Shown: positions 53,545 through 61,860 of the stretch, one piece after another
Layout: every line of letters begins with the position of its first letter
Position numbering within the stretch: position 1 is the first letter of the stretch
Assembly (NCBI GenBank): GCA_964540285.1
Contig: CAZILW010000002.1
Span: 1-62,028 of the forward strand
From: an uncultured Gammaproteobacteria bacterium
Lineage (GTDB): Bacteria; Patescibacteriota; Patescibacteriia; Patescibacteriales; UBA12465
DNA: 62,028 nt
Direction: 5' to 3'
Translations under genes and position numbers: made by a program
The notes under the pieces: generated by a model
Database searches by the model: none
The model's input: the letters and a program-made list of their open reading frames with translations, nothing else
What the model was told of the DNA's origin: nothing

Positions 53545-54489
53545 CTAAGATGAAAGTTGTATGATGATTTGACCGCTAATAAAAATTAAATAAACAAGAA
53601 TAAGGGCATATCCCTCTTTTCTGCTTAAGAGTTGATTTGTTCGATAAAATATATATAGCAATATAAATAAAGATATAGTAGAAAGCATTAAAAAAAAGTA
53701 GGATATATCTATTTCAATTTTTATAGGACTGATAAAGCTTAGCACTCCTAACATTAAAATATTTCCGAGAGATGAGCCTATTAAATTGCTAAATGATAAC
53801 TCTTCTACGTTTCTTTTAAATGATCTTATAGCTATTATTAGTTCTGGTAAATTAGTTCCGATTGAATACAACAAAAGCCCAACTATAAAAGGTGAGATAT
53901 TGTAGCCTTCTAAGACAAATAGAGTTGTTTTAACTATTAAGTCAGAAATTATTATTAATAAGACGATTCCTATTAATATAAAAAAAATGTGCCTAGTTAT
54001 TTCTTTTACGTTTACTATTTCAATTTTTGGAATATCTAAACTTTTATTTTTGTTATATAAAACATATATCATGGCGGCATAAGATAGTATCAGTATAGCA
54101 CCGTCTAATTCATTTAATCCACCTTTAAAGGCAAGTATTAAGGGAATAAAAAGGGTTATTAGGGTTAATAAAAATGGCCAGGAGTTTTTTTCTGTTTTTA
54201 TTTTTCTATTTAAAACAGAGCTAAATCCCAATATTAGAGCAAACATAACTATAACTCCACCAATTAAATTCCCAAAAGACATTTCTGACACTCCGACTAA
54301 GGCTGAATTTATACCTATAACCATTTCTGGAGCACTGGTCATGACTCCTAGAATTATTCCCAAAATAAAAATTTTTATTTTTAACTTTTCTCCAGTTTTT
54401 CTTAAATTTAAAACTATTAAATCAGCTGATTTGCTAAGCAGAAAAAATAATAATATTAAAAAGAGTATAGCCAATATTTTTATAGTCAT
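53545..54489 (-). CDS. Ca2+/cation antiporter (CaCA, YrbG-like) family protein
   Basis: Two alpha-repeat motifs (GNLIGGVIVMFALILG and SNLIGSSLGNILMLGV) and about 10 TM segments. Confidence 0.8.
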   Translation of the reverse strand: MTIKILAILFLILLFFLLSKSADLIVLNLRKTGEKLKIKIFILGIILGVMTSAPEMVIGINSALVGVSEMSFGNLIGGVIVMFALILGFSSVLNRKIKTEKNSWPFLLTLITLFIPLILAFKGGLNELDGAILILSYAAMIYVLYNKNKSLDIPKIEIVNVKEITRHIFFILIGIVLLIIISDLIVKTTLFVLEGYNISPFIVGLLLYSIGTNLPELIIAIRSFKRNVEELSFSNLIGSSLGNILMLGVLSFISPIKIEIDISYFFLMLSTISLFILLYIFYRTNQLLSRKEGYALILVYLIFISGQIIIQLSS

Positions 54490-54543
54490 ATTTTTGTGTT
54501 TAATTCTTTTTTAGATTATAGCAGATTATAGTTTTAAGTCTAT

Positions 54544-54580
54544 AAAAAAATCAACCTAAAGCAGTTTAGGTTGATTTTTT
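54544..54580. terminator. terminator after tRNA-Ala (bidirectional shape)
   Basis: 11-bp stem ATCAACCTAAA/TTTAGGTTGAT flanked by an A-run and a T-run. Confidence 0.7.
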
Positions 54581-54583
54581 CAG

Positions 54584-54657
54584 TGGACCTTAAGGGACTC
54601 GAACCCTTGACCCCCTGCTTGCAAAGCAGGTGCTCTAGCCAACTGAGCTAAAGGCCC
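54584..54657 (-). tRNA. tRNA-Ala(UGC); CCA not encoded
   Basis: Hand-folded on the minus strand: GGGCCTTTAGCTCAGTTGGCTAGAGCACCTGCTTTGCAAGCAGGGGGTCAAGGGTTCGAGTCCCTTAAGGTCCA. It has the G3:U70 identity pair. Confidence 0.92.
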
Positions 54658-54724
54658 ATTAAGTTGATAATAGATTTATTATCAACTAGCTTATAATAAA
54701 CAATAATTTTTATCAAGTCAATAC

Positions 54725-54973
54725 TTAAATTCTACCCCTGGTTAAGGGAGATACAATAAAACCAATAAATCCATTTATCATCCCAGTCATTGTTAAGAGG
54801 CCAATAAAAATAATTATAAGACCGACAAGTTTATAACCCATTCTAGAGCCACCTTCTGCTCCTAAGTTTTTTTCAAACCAATTAATCCTTCCAAAATTTT
54901 TTAAAAGCCATTCTGTATACATAACTATTAACGTTCCTAAAATGACTAAAATTAAACCGCCAATTATTTTCAT
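54725..54973 (-). CDS. small membrane protein (82 aa)
   Basis: Three hydrophobic helices; no family recognised. Confidence 0.5.
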   Translation of the reverse strand: MKIIGGLILVILGTLIVMYTEWLLKNFGRINWFEKNLGAEGGSRMGYKLVGLIIIFIGLLTMTGMINGFIGFIVSPLTRGRI

Positions 54974-55005
54974 ATTTTTTTAATAATTAATATTTATTAA
55001 TTTTT

Positions 55006-56352
55006 TTATTGTATATAATTTAATGGATTTTGCTTAACACCATTTGATATTACTTCAAAATGGATATGAGGTCCAGTTGACCAACCAGTAGATCCCATAT
55101 CAGCTATTATATCCCCCCTATTAACACTGTCTCCAGCCTTAACGTGTAATTTGGAAGCGTGAGCGTAAAGTGTTTTTAGTCCACCCCCATGATTAATGAC
55201 CACATTATAGCCGTAACCAGTATTCCAACCAGATCTTTCAACTGTACCACTTTCGGCCGCATACAAGGGTGTGCCTGTTTTGTTGGCTATGTCTAATCCG
55301 TTATGCTTCCAGGAGTAATATTGAGTTATTCGATGACCGACCGTGGGCCATAACAACTTTCCGCCACTATAGCTCGTACTAGGTGTTGTTGGTACTGATT
55401 GGGCTATTGAGGTTCCGGTATAAGTTGGCCTACTAACAGGAACTGGAACTACTATTTTTTTGCCACCAGGAATAAATATTTTTTGATTTAATTTTAAAAT
55501 TTCGTCAGTGTCTAAATTATTAGCTATTATTATAGAATCAGAAGACACATCATATTTTTTGGATATACTGCTAATGGTTTCGTTTTTAGCGATAATATGC
55601 ATTAATCCAGTTTGAGGTAATATTTTAAGAGTGTTTCCTGGTCTAATTAATGATCTCGAGGTTAGATTGTTTTCCCATAAAATAGTTTCAACACTAACTC
55701 CGAAATCTTGAGCGATACTGCTGATAGTGTCTCCACTTTGAACAACATATTCTACAACCTCTTTTCTAGCATCTCTGGCTTTGGGGGTTTGAGCTATAGC
55801 TGGTCTATTTAAAGAGTCACTAACTAAAATATTATTTTCTTCATTTTGTGAATTTAATAAAACTTGTTGATGATTTTTTATTAAATCTTTTTGTTCTATA
55901 TATTTAGACTGAACGATTATTGAAGGCCTCTCTTCATAACCACTTTCAACTATTAATTCTTCTGGCGCAGCTACTGAGAAGTCACTGGTAATTGTTTGAG
56001 CTAGAGCTGTTTTGTAAACTCTTTTTTCAAAAGGGGTTTTATTTTTAGACAAACCATTAAATGTTAGAATAAGTCCAATTATTATTAATATAAATATTGG
56101 ATAGTTTTTTTTGAAAATATAAAAATGGGAATTGTTTTTTTTGTTTATTTCTTTTATTTTTTTATAAATTAATATATACTTGTAGTATATATTAATTATT
56201 ATTTTAAAGAAAAAGAAACCCAGAATTAATTTCAGAGGTTTGAAAATAAAATAATTTAAGATAAAAACTAATATTTTTTTTATTAAAAATAAGGCTTTTA
56301 TCAACAATATCAGTATTTCTGCTAATAGTTTTTTAACTCTAATTTTAATCAT
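55006..56352 (-). CDS. LysM-domain M23 family metallopeptidase
   Basis: Two LysM repeats (YVVQSGDTISSIAQDFGVS..., HIIAKNETISSISKKYDVS...) and M23 motifs GLDIA... and GSTGWSTGPHIHFEV. N-terminal TM region. Confidence 0.88.
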   Translation of the reverse strand: MIKIRVKKLLAEILILLIKALFLIKKILVFILNYFIFKPLKLILGFFFFKIIINIYYKYILIYKKIKEINKKNNSHFYIFKKNYPIFILIIIGLILTFNGLSKNKTPFEKRVYKTALAQTITSDFSVAAPEELIVESGYEERPSIIVQSKYIEQKDLIKNHQQVLLNSQNEENNILVSDSLNRPAIAQTPKARDARKEVVEYVVQSGDTISSIAQDFGVSVETILWENNLTSRSLIRPGNTLKILPQTGLMHIIAKNETISSISKKYDVSSDSIIIANNLDTDEILKLNQKIFIPGGKKIVVPVPVSRPTYTGTSIAQSVPTTPSTSYSGGKLLWPTVGHRITQYYSWKHNGLDIANKTGTPLYAAESGTVERSGWNTGYGYNVVINHGGGLKTLYAHASKLHVKAGDSVNRGDIIADMGSTGWSTGPHIHFEVISNGVKQNPLNYIQ

Positions 56353-56417
56353 AAATTACTATAAAATGTTATCATTTTACTAGTTTTTAGTCAATTTAAG
56401 TTAATAATATAAATTTT

Positions 56418-57161
56418 ATGTATAAAATAGTGCTAGTTCGTCATGGAGAAAGTGAATGGAACAAAAAGGGCTTGTTTACTGGCTGGACTGATGTTAACTT
56501 AACCCCAATGGGTATAAAGCAGGCTAAAGAAGCAGGAAAAATTTTAAAATCTAAAAAGTATAGTTTTGATTTGTGCTTTACTTCATTGCTTAAGAGGGCT
56601 AATAAAACTTTAAATATTGTTTTAGAGGAGATGGACTTATTGTGGTTGCCAGTTTTTAAAACTTGGCGATTAAATGAAAGGCATTATGGTAATTTGCAAG
56701 GTTTAAATAAAATACAGATGGCTAGAAAATTTGGAGAAGAACAGGTTTTTATTTGGCGTAGATCTTATGATATTCGCCCTCCAGAAATTAAAAAAAGTAA
56801 TAAATATAATCAACTGAAAGACCCTCGATATAATTTTTTAGAAAAACCAATTTTATCAGAGTCACTTAAAGATGTTGTGGCTCGTGTTATTCCTTTTTGG
56901 GATAAAGATATTATTCCAGCGTTAAAATCTGGTAAAAAAATAATTATAGCTGCTAGCGGTAATAGTATTAGGGCTATAATAAAACATATAGACATTGTTT
57001 CAGAGGAAGAAATTTCAAATATCAATATTCCAGTTGCCATCCCGCTTGTTTATGAATTAAACAAAAACTTTAAAAAAATTAAATCTTATTATTTGGGCGA
57101 TCCAAAAAAAATTAAGAGCTTAATAAATATTTCAAAAAATCAGGGCAGTATTAAAAAATAA
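56418..57161 (+). CDS. gpmA: 2,3-bisphosphoglycerate-dependent phosphoglycerate mutase
   Basis: LVRHGESEWNKKGLFTGW catalytic His motif and RLNERHYG. Confidence 0.95.
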   Translation: MYKIVLVRHGESEWNKKGLFTGWTDVNLTPMGIKQAKEAGKILKSKKYSFDLCFTSLLKRANKTLNIVLEEMDLLWLPVFKTWRLNERHYGNLQGLNKIQMARKFGEEQVFIWRRSYDIRPPEIKKSNKYNQLKDPRYNFLEKPILSESLKDVVARVIPFWDKDIIPALKSGKKIIIAASGNSIRAIIKHIDIVSEEEISNINIPVAIPLVYELNKNFKKIKSYYLGDPKKIKSLINISKNQGSIKK

Positions 57162-57166
57162 TTTAT

Positions 57167-58081
57167 ATGCAAAAAATAATAAATTTAGATCAAGCTGTAA
57201 TTAATGCTTTAGAATTTCTATCTAAAGAAAAATTACCAAAATTAAATTTAAAAAACTTTTCTTTTCCTTTGGTCGTTGGAAGTGGTAATGCTTACAATAC
57301 TGCTCAAATTATTTTTTCTAAACAAAAAGCTATTATTGCTGATGAAAGTAATTTCAGGGAAATAATTTCGCGCTATAAAGATTTAATTAATAAAAAAATA
57401 ATCAAAGAGGTTATAGTTATTTCAGCTTCTGGTGAAAAAGATTCTGTTTGGGAAATAGAGCTTGCTAAAAAAAACAAATTAAAAGTTATTTTGCTTACCT
57501 GTTCTCCTGATTCAACGGCCGCTAAATTAGCTGATCAAATTTTTGTTTATCCTAAAATTGCTGAACCTTATACTTACAATGTTTCCACTTATTTGGGTAT
57601 GATTTTATCTTTTACTGGAGAAAAACCGGAAAACATTTTAAATTTTTTAAAGAAAACAAAATTAACAAAAAATATTTCTAATTTTAAATCTTATTCCTTT
57701 GTTTTGCCAGACGAATTCTTAAACATTTGTCCAATGTTAGACATCAAAAAGAGTGAACTTTTTGGTCCGTTAGTTTCAATCAGAGCTTTTAGTTTTGGGC
57801 ATGCTCGTCATGCTAAGTTTGTGATTAGAGATAAAAATGAATTAGTGATGACTTTAGGCGCTGATAAAAATGAATATTTTGGAATGCCAACTAGCAGAAT
57901 TCAAATCAACTTGCCTCAAAATTATAATTTTGGTTTAATACTTTCTGTAACTTATTATTTAATAGGAAAAATTCAAGAAATAAAACCAGCTTATTTTAAA
58001 AAACATATCAAAAATTATTGCAATGATTACGGCCCAAGGGCTTATGGAAAAAAAGAGAAATTTGATATTATTGTTAAATAA
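57167..58081 (+). CDS. SIS-domain-like protein (putative sugar-phosphate binding/isomerase)
   Basis: VVGSGNAY... and VISASGEKDSVWEIELAKKNKLKVILLT resemble a SIS fold. Weak by-eye call. Confidence 0.45.
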   Translation: MQKIINLDQAVINALEFLSKEKLPKLNLKNFSFPLVVGSGNAYNTAQIIFSKQKAIIADESNFREIISRYKDLINKKIIKEVIVISASGEKDSVWEIELAKKNKLKVILLTCSPDSTAAKLADQIFVYPKIAEPYTYNVSTYLGMILSFTGEKPENILNFLKKTKLTKNISNFKSYSFVLPDEFLNICPMLDIKKSELFGPLVSIRAFSFGHARHAKFVIRDKNELVMTLGADKNEYFGMPTSRIQINLPQNYNFGLILSVTYYLIGKIQEIKPAYFKKHIKNYCNDYGPRAYGKKEKFDIIVK

Positions 58082-58107
58082 ATAAAATTAAAATTAATTA
58101 AATAAAT

Positions 58108-58827
58108 ATGTCAGGACATTCCAAGTGGGCAACAATCAAAAGGGCAAAGGCCGTAACCGATGCTAAAAGAGGTGCAATTTTTACAAAATTAGGCAATGCT
58201 ATAACTATCGCTGCCAGAGAAAAAGGGGGAGATGTTGATGCTAATCCTAGCCTAAGAGTGGCTATTGAAAAAGCTCGTTCAGCTAATATGCCAAAAGACA
58301 ACATAGAAAGAGCTATAAAAAAAGGCACAGGGGAGCTAGCTGGCGATGCAGTTGAAGAATTGTATTACGAAGCTGTTCTTCCTGGAAATATTCAAATAGT
58401 TATCAAATGTTTAACCGACAATAAAAATCGTAGTGCCGCTACAGTTCGACATGCCTTGTCTAAGGCCGGAGGAAGCTTGGGGGCTGTTATGTGGAATTTT
58501 GAACAAAAAGGACTTATTTCTGTTTCGAAAGAAAGTTTAGATGCTAAAAATATTAATTTAGAAGAGTTAGAATTAGAACTAATTGAAAAAAATGTTGATG
58601 ATATTAAAATAGAGTCTGAAGGCTTGATTATTTATACTAAAGTGGAAGACCTTCAGTCCGTAAAATCTTTTATAGAGGAAAAAGATTTAAAAATAGAGTC
58701 AGCTGAAATTGAATATGTTGCCAAAGACAGGCTTAAAGTATCAGAAGAGGAAGATGTTAAATTAAGCAATTTTTTAGAAAATTTAGAAGATTTAGAGGAT
58801 GTGAATGATTATTATTTAAATATTTAA
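58108..58827 (+). CDS. yebC: YebC/PmpR family DNA-binding transcriptional regulator
   Basis: MSGHSKWATIKRAKAVTDAKRG N-terminus. Confidence 0.95.
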   Translation: MSGHSKWATIKRAKAVTDAKRGAIFTKLGNAITIAAREKGGDVDANPSLRVAIEKARSANMPKDNIERAIKKGTGELAGDAVEELYYEAVLPGNIQIVIKCLTDNKNRSAATVRHALSKAGGSLGAVMWNFEQKGLISVSKESLDAKNINLEELELELIEKNVDDIKIESEGLIIYTKVEDLQSVKSFIEEKDLKIESAEIEYVAKDRLKVSEEEDVKLSNFLENLEDLEDVNDYYLNI

Positions 58828-58832
58828 AAAAG

Positions 58833-58852
58833 TTATCCACAGCCTTTCCACA
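58833..58852 (+). promoter_or_regulatory. two adjacent DnaA-box-like 9-mers
   Basis: TTATCCACA (58833-58841, exact consensus) and CTTTCCACA (58844-58852, 8 of 9), in direct orientation. Confidence 0.35.
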
Positions 58853-58886
58853 TAAACTTCAAAAAAAATCAAGATTATACCAACCT

Positions 58887-58913
58887 CCCCCTTTATTTAA
58901 GGGGGTTTTGTTT
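58887..58913 (+). terminator. intrinsic terminator after yebC
   Basis: Stem CCCCCTT/AAGGGGG followed by TTTTGTTT. Confidence 0.75.
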
Positions 58914-58917
58914 ATGT

Positions 58918-58946
58918 TTGCTCCATTTGTTATTTTTTGCTATAAT
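58918..58946 (+). promoter_or_regulatory. nrdR-nrdD operon promoter
   Basis: TTGCTC (58918-58923), 17-bp spacer, TGcTATAAT with the -10 hexamer at 58941-58946. Confidence 0.6.
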
Positions 58947-58951
58947 TTGTT

Positions 58952-58967
58952 TTACAAGATATAGTGG
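58952..58967. promoter_or_regulatory. NrdR box 1 (degenerate)
   Basis: The reverse complement CCACTATATCTTGTAA matches about 12 of 16 positions of the NrdR-box consensus acaCwAtATaTwGtgt. It lies immediately downstream of the -10. Confidence 0.55.
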
Positions 58968-58984
58968 TTATAAATAATTTTACT

Positions 58985-59000
58985 ACACTATATATTGTGT
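58985..59000. promoter_or_regulatory. NrdR box 2 (perfect)
   Basis: ACACTATATATTGTGT matches all 16 positions of the NrdR-box consensus. Its centre is ~33 bp from box 1. Confidence 0.8.
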
Positions 59001-59013
59001 TTAACTATAATAG

Positions 59014-59478
59014 ATGAAATGTCCTGTTTGTCACTTTGAAGATACAAAAGTTATTGATTCCAGGATGTCTGGTGATGGTTTTTTAATAAGGAGAAGAAGA
59101 GAGTGCTTAAAATGCGGCTTTAGGTTTTCAACTCACGAGGAAATGGAGATTTTGGACCTAACAGTAATTAAAAAAGATGAACGAAAAGAGTCTTATGATC
59201 GCGAAAAAATAGTAATTGGACTGAGAAAGGCTTTAGAAAAAAGAAATTGTGATGAAGAGAAGTTTAAAAAATTGGTTTATTGTATTGAAAGAGATTTACA
59301 GGTCTTAAATAGGGACGAGGTTAGTTCTGTTGAAATAGGAGAAATAGTTATGAGAAATTTAAAAAAAATAGATAAAGTTGCCTATATTAGATATGCTTCT
59401 GTTTATCAGTCTTTTGATGGATTGGAAGAATTTAGTGAAGAGTTAGAAAAACTATTAAAAAGCAAAAAAAATAAATAA
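59014..59478 (+). CDS. nrdR: transcriptional repressor NrdR
   Basis: MKCPVCHFEDTKVIDSR zinc ribbon plus an ATP-cone. Confidence 0.95.
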   Translation: MKCPVCHFEDTKVIDSRMSGDGFLIRRRRECLKCGFRFSTHEEMEILDLTVIKKDERKESYDREKIVIGLRKALEKRNCDEEKFKKLVYCIERDLQVLNRDEVSSVEIGEIVMRNLKKIDKVAYIRYASVYQSFDGLEEFSEELEKLLKSKKNK

Positions 59479-59548
59479 AATTTATCATAGTCTATTTTAA
59501 AAAGTTTTATTATTATCTAAAATTTTTTAAAATAGCTTATAAAATTAC

Positions 59549-61615
59549 ATGCCTAGTCAAAATGTAAGCCAAATTCGCAAAAGGTCAGGCGAAATTTCTG
59601 AGTTTAAACAGGAAAAAATTGTGGAGGCTGTTTTAAAGGCCATGAAATCGGCTGATGAAGAAAATTTAGCTTTAGCTGAGGAGATAAGTGCCAAGGTTGT
59701 TTCTAAGGTTGCTAAAAAATTTCATCACAATTCTATTCCGGCAGTAGAGGAGATTCAAGATCTGGTTGAAGAAACTTTAATTGAGCAAAAACTTATTAAA
59801 ACTGCCAAGGCTTATATTCTTTACAGAGACCAAAGAAGACAAGTTAGAGAAATTAAAGAAAGCACAGAAGAAAAATTAATGGAAGACTATTTGGGCAGAT
59901 CTGATTGGAGATTAAAGGAGAATAGTAATATGAGTTTCTCAGTTCAAGGTTTAAATAATTACATTGCTTCCTCTGTTTCGGCTAAATATTGGTTAAATAA
60001 ACTTTATCCAGAGGTGATTAGAAAGGCTCATGTTGACGGTGATTTTCATATTCATGATTTAGGATTGCTTGCTCCATATTGTTGTGGTTGGGATTTAAAA
60101 GACTTATTATTGAAGGGTTTCGGCGGTGTTTCAACTAAAATTCAAAGTAAACCACCTAAACATTTTAGAAGTGCCTTAGGTCAGGTTGTTAATTTCTTTT
60201 ATACTATGCAGGGTGAGGCAGCCGGAGCTCAGGCTTTTGCTAACTTTGATACTTACTTGGCTCCTTTTATTCGATATGACGATCTTTCATATAAAGAAAT
60301 AAAACAGGCCTTACAAGAGTTTGTTTTTAATGTTAATGTTCCAACTCGTGTTGGTTTTCAAACTCCTTTTACAAACATAACCTTAGACGTTACTCCATCT
60401 AATCTTTTAGGAAAAGAAAACGTTATTATTGGCGGGAAATTAATGGAAGAAACTTATGCAGATTTTCAAACTGAAATGGATTTATTTAATAAAGCTTTTG
60501 CGGAGGTTATGATTGAGGGTGATGCTTCTGGTAGGGTTTTTGCCTTTCCTATTCCAACCTATAATGTTGATAAAGATTTTGACTGGAATAGAGAGTCTTT
60601 GAAACCGATGTGGGAAATGACTTCAAAATATGGAATTCCTTATTTTTCTAACTTTGTGAATTCTGACATGAATCGTGACGATGCTCGTAGTATGTGTTGT
60701 CGCTTAAGACTTGATAATCGAGAGTTGAGAAAAAGAGGTGGTGGTTTGTTTGGAGCTAATCCTTTAACTGGAAGTTTGGGAGTTGTGACTATAAATTTAG
60801 CTCGGCTTGGATATTTGGCAAAAGATGAAAAAGATTTTAAAGATAAGCTTAAGAAATTAATGGACTTGGCCAAAGATAGTTTAGTTATTAAAAGAAAAGT
60901 TATTGAAAAATTTACTGAAGATGGCCTTTATCCTTATTCTAAATTTTATTTAGCCGATATTAATGAAAGATTTGGTTCTTACTGGAAAAATCATTTTAAT
61001 ACAATCGGTCTAAATGGTATGAATGAAGCTGTTTTAAATCTTTTACAATCAGATTTAACCAGCGTTAAAGGTCATAAGTTTGCTCTCGAAATAATGGACT
61101 TTATGAGAGAAATTATTGCAGGCTATCAAGAGGAGTCTGGCGATCTTTATAATCTTGAAGCAACTCCTGGTGAGGGATGCACTTATCGTTTTGCCAAAAA
61201 AGATAAAGAAGTTTATCCTGAGATAGTTTGTGCTAATAATCAAGCTGTTAACGAAAGAGGGGCGGATCCTTATTATACAAATTCTACTCATTTGCCGGTT
61301 GGTTTTACCGATGATATTTTTACAGCTCTTGAATTACAGGATGAATTGCAAACAAAATATACTGGAGGAACGGTTTTACATGGGTTTTTAGGAGAAAGAA
61401 TTAATGATATAGAGTTAACTAAAAAATTAGTTAAAACAATAGTTGAAAATTATAAATTACCTTATTTCACGGTAACTCCTACATTTTCAGTTTGCCCTAT
61501 TCATGGTTATCTATCAGGAGAGCATAAATATTGCCCTAAATGTGACGAAGAAAGAGGTCAGGTTGTTTTTGTTCATAATCAAAGTGAGAAAAGTGATAGC
61601 TCTCATAACTCTTAA
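59549..61615 (+). CDS. nrdD: anaerobic ribonucleoside-triphosphate reductase (class III) catalytic body, lacking the glycyl-radical segment
   Basis: N-terminal ATP-cone, class III core (e.g. NFVNSDM..RSMCCRLRL) and C-terminal Zn site CPIHG...CPKC. It ends at TAA before any RVxG[YW] motif. Confidence 0.9.
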   Translation: MPSQNVSQIRKRSGEISEFKQEKIVEAVLKAMKSADEENLALAEEISAKVVSKVAKKFHHNSIPAVEEIQDLVEETLIEQKLIKTAKAYILYRDQRRQVREIKESTEEKLMEDYLGRSDWRLKENSNMSFSVQGLNNYIASSVSAKYWLNKLYPEVIRKAHVDGDFHIHDLGLLAPYCCGWDLKDLLLKGFGGVSTKIQSKPPKHFRSALGQVVNFFYTMQGEAAGAQAFANFDTYLAPFIRYDDLSYKEIKQALQEFVFNVNVPTRVGFQTPFTNITLDVTPSNLLGKENVIIGGKLMEETYADFQTEMDLFNKAFAEVMIEGDASGRVFAFPIPTYNVDKDFDWNRESLKPMWEMTSKYGIPYFSNFVNSDMNRDDARSMCCRLRLDNRELRKRGGGLFGANPLTGSLGVVTINLARLGYLAKDEKDFKDKLKKLMDLAKDSLVIKRKVIEKFTEDGLYPYSKFYLADINERFGSYWKNHFNTIGLNGMNEAVLNLLQSDLTSVKGHKFALEIMDFMREIIAGYQEESGDLYNLEATPGEGCTYRFAKKDKEVYPEIVCANNQAVNERGADPYYTNSTHLPVGFTDDIFTALELQDELQTKYTGGTVLHGFLGERINDIELTKKLVKTIVENYKLPYFTVTPTFSVCPIHGYLSGEHKYCPKCDEERGQVVFVHNQSEKSDSSHNS

Positions 61616-61651
61616 TTTTTATTATTTATTATTAATTATAAAAGCAGTATT

Positions 61652-61849
61652 ATGAAAAATCTTAATACTGCCAAAACAAAGAATATGAGCCCAATTGAAA
61701 CAAACAAAAGAACAGAGTGTATCGTTTACAGTAGAGTAGTTGGTTGGTTAACCCCAACAGTAAATTATAACAAAGGAAAGTTTGCTGAATATTGTGACAG
61801 AAAAACATACAAGGTTAACTCGGATAAAGTCGATAGTCTTAAAAATTAA
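61652..61849 (+). CDS. nrdD: NrdD C-terminal glycyl-radical domain encoded as a separate in-frame ORF
   Basis: VYSRVVGWLTPTVNYNKGKFAEYCDRK aligns by eye with the canonical NrdD C-terminus (RRVCGYLG....FNAGKQEEVKRR in E. coli). Same frame as 59549..61615, with a single TAA between them. Confidence 0.7.
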   Translation: MKNLNTAKTKNMSPIETNKRTECIVYSRVVGWLTPTVNYNKGKFAEYCDRKTYKVNSDKVDSLKN

Positions 61850-61860
61850 TTTTTTTAAAA

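Noticed and set aside
58833-58852. Replication origin (oriC) interpretation of the DnaA boxes
   Set aside because: There are only two boxes, no dnaA or dnaN nearby and no cluster of further boxes or an obvious unwinding element. They are kept only as a low-interest regulatory observation.
61560-61720. Group I intron or intein interrupting nrdD (as in phage T4 nrdD)
   Set aside because: The non-alignable stretch is only ~180 nt including a 36-nt gap. That is too short for a group I intron or an intein, and no intein splice-junction or homing endonuclease motifs are visible.
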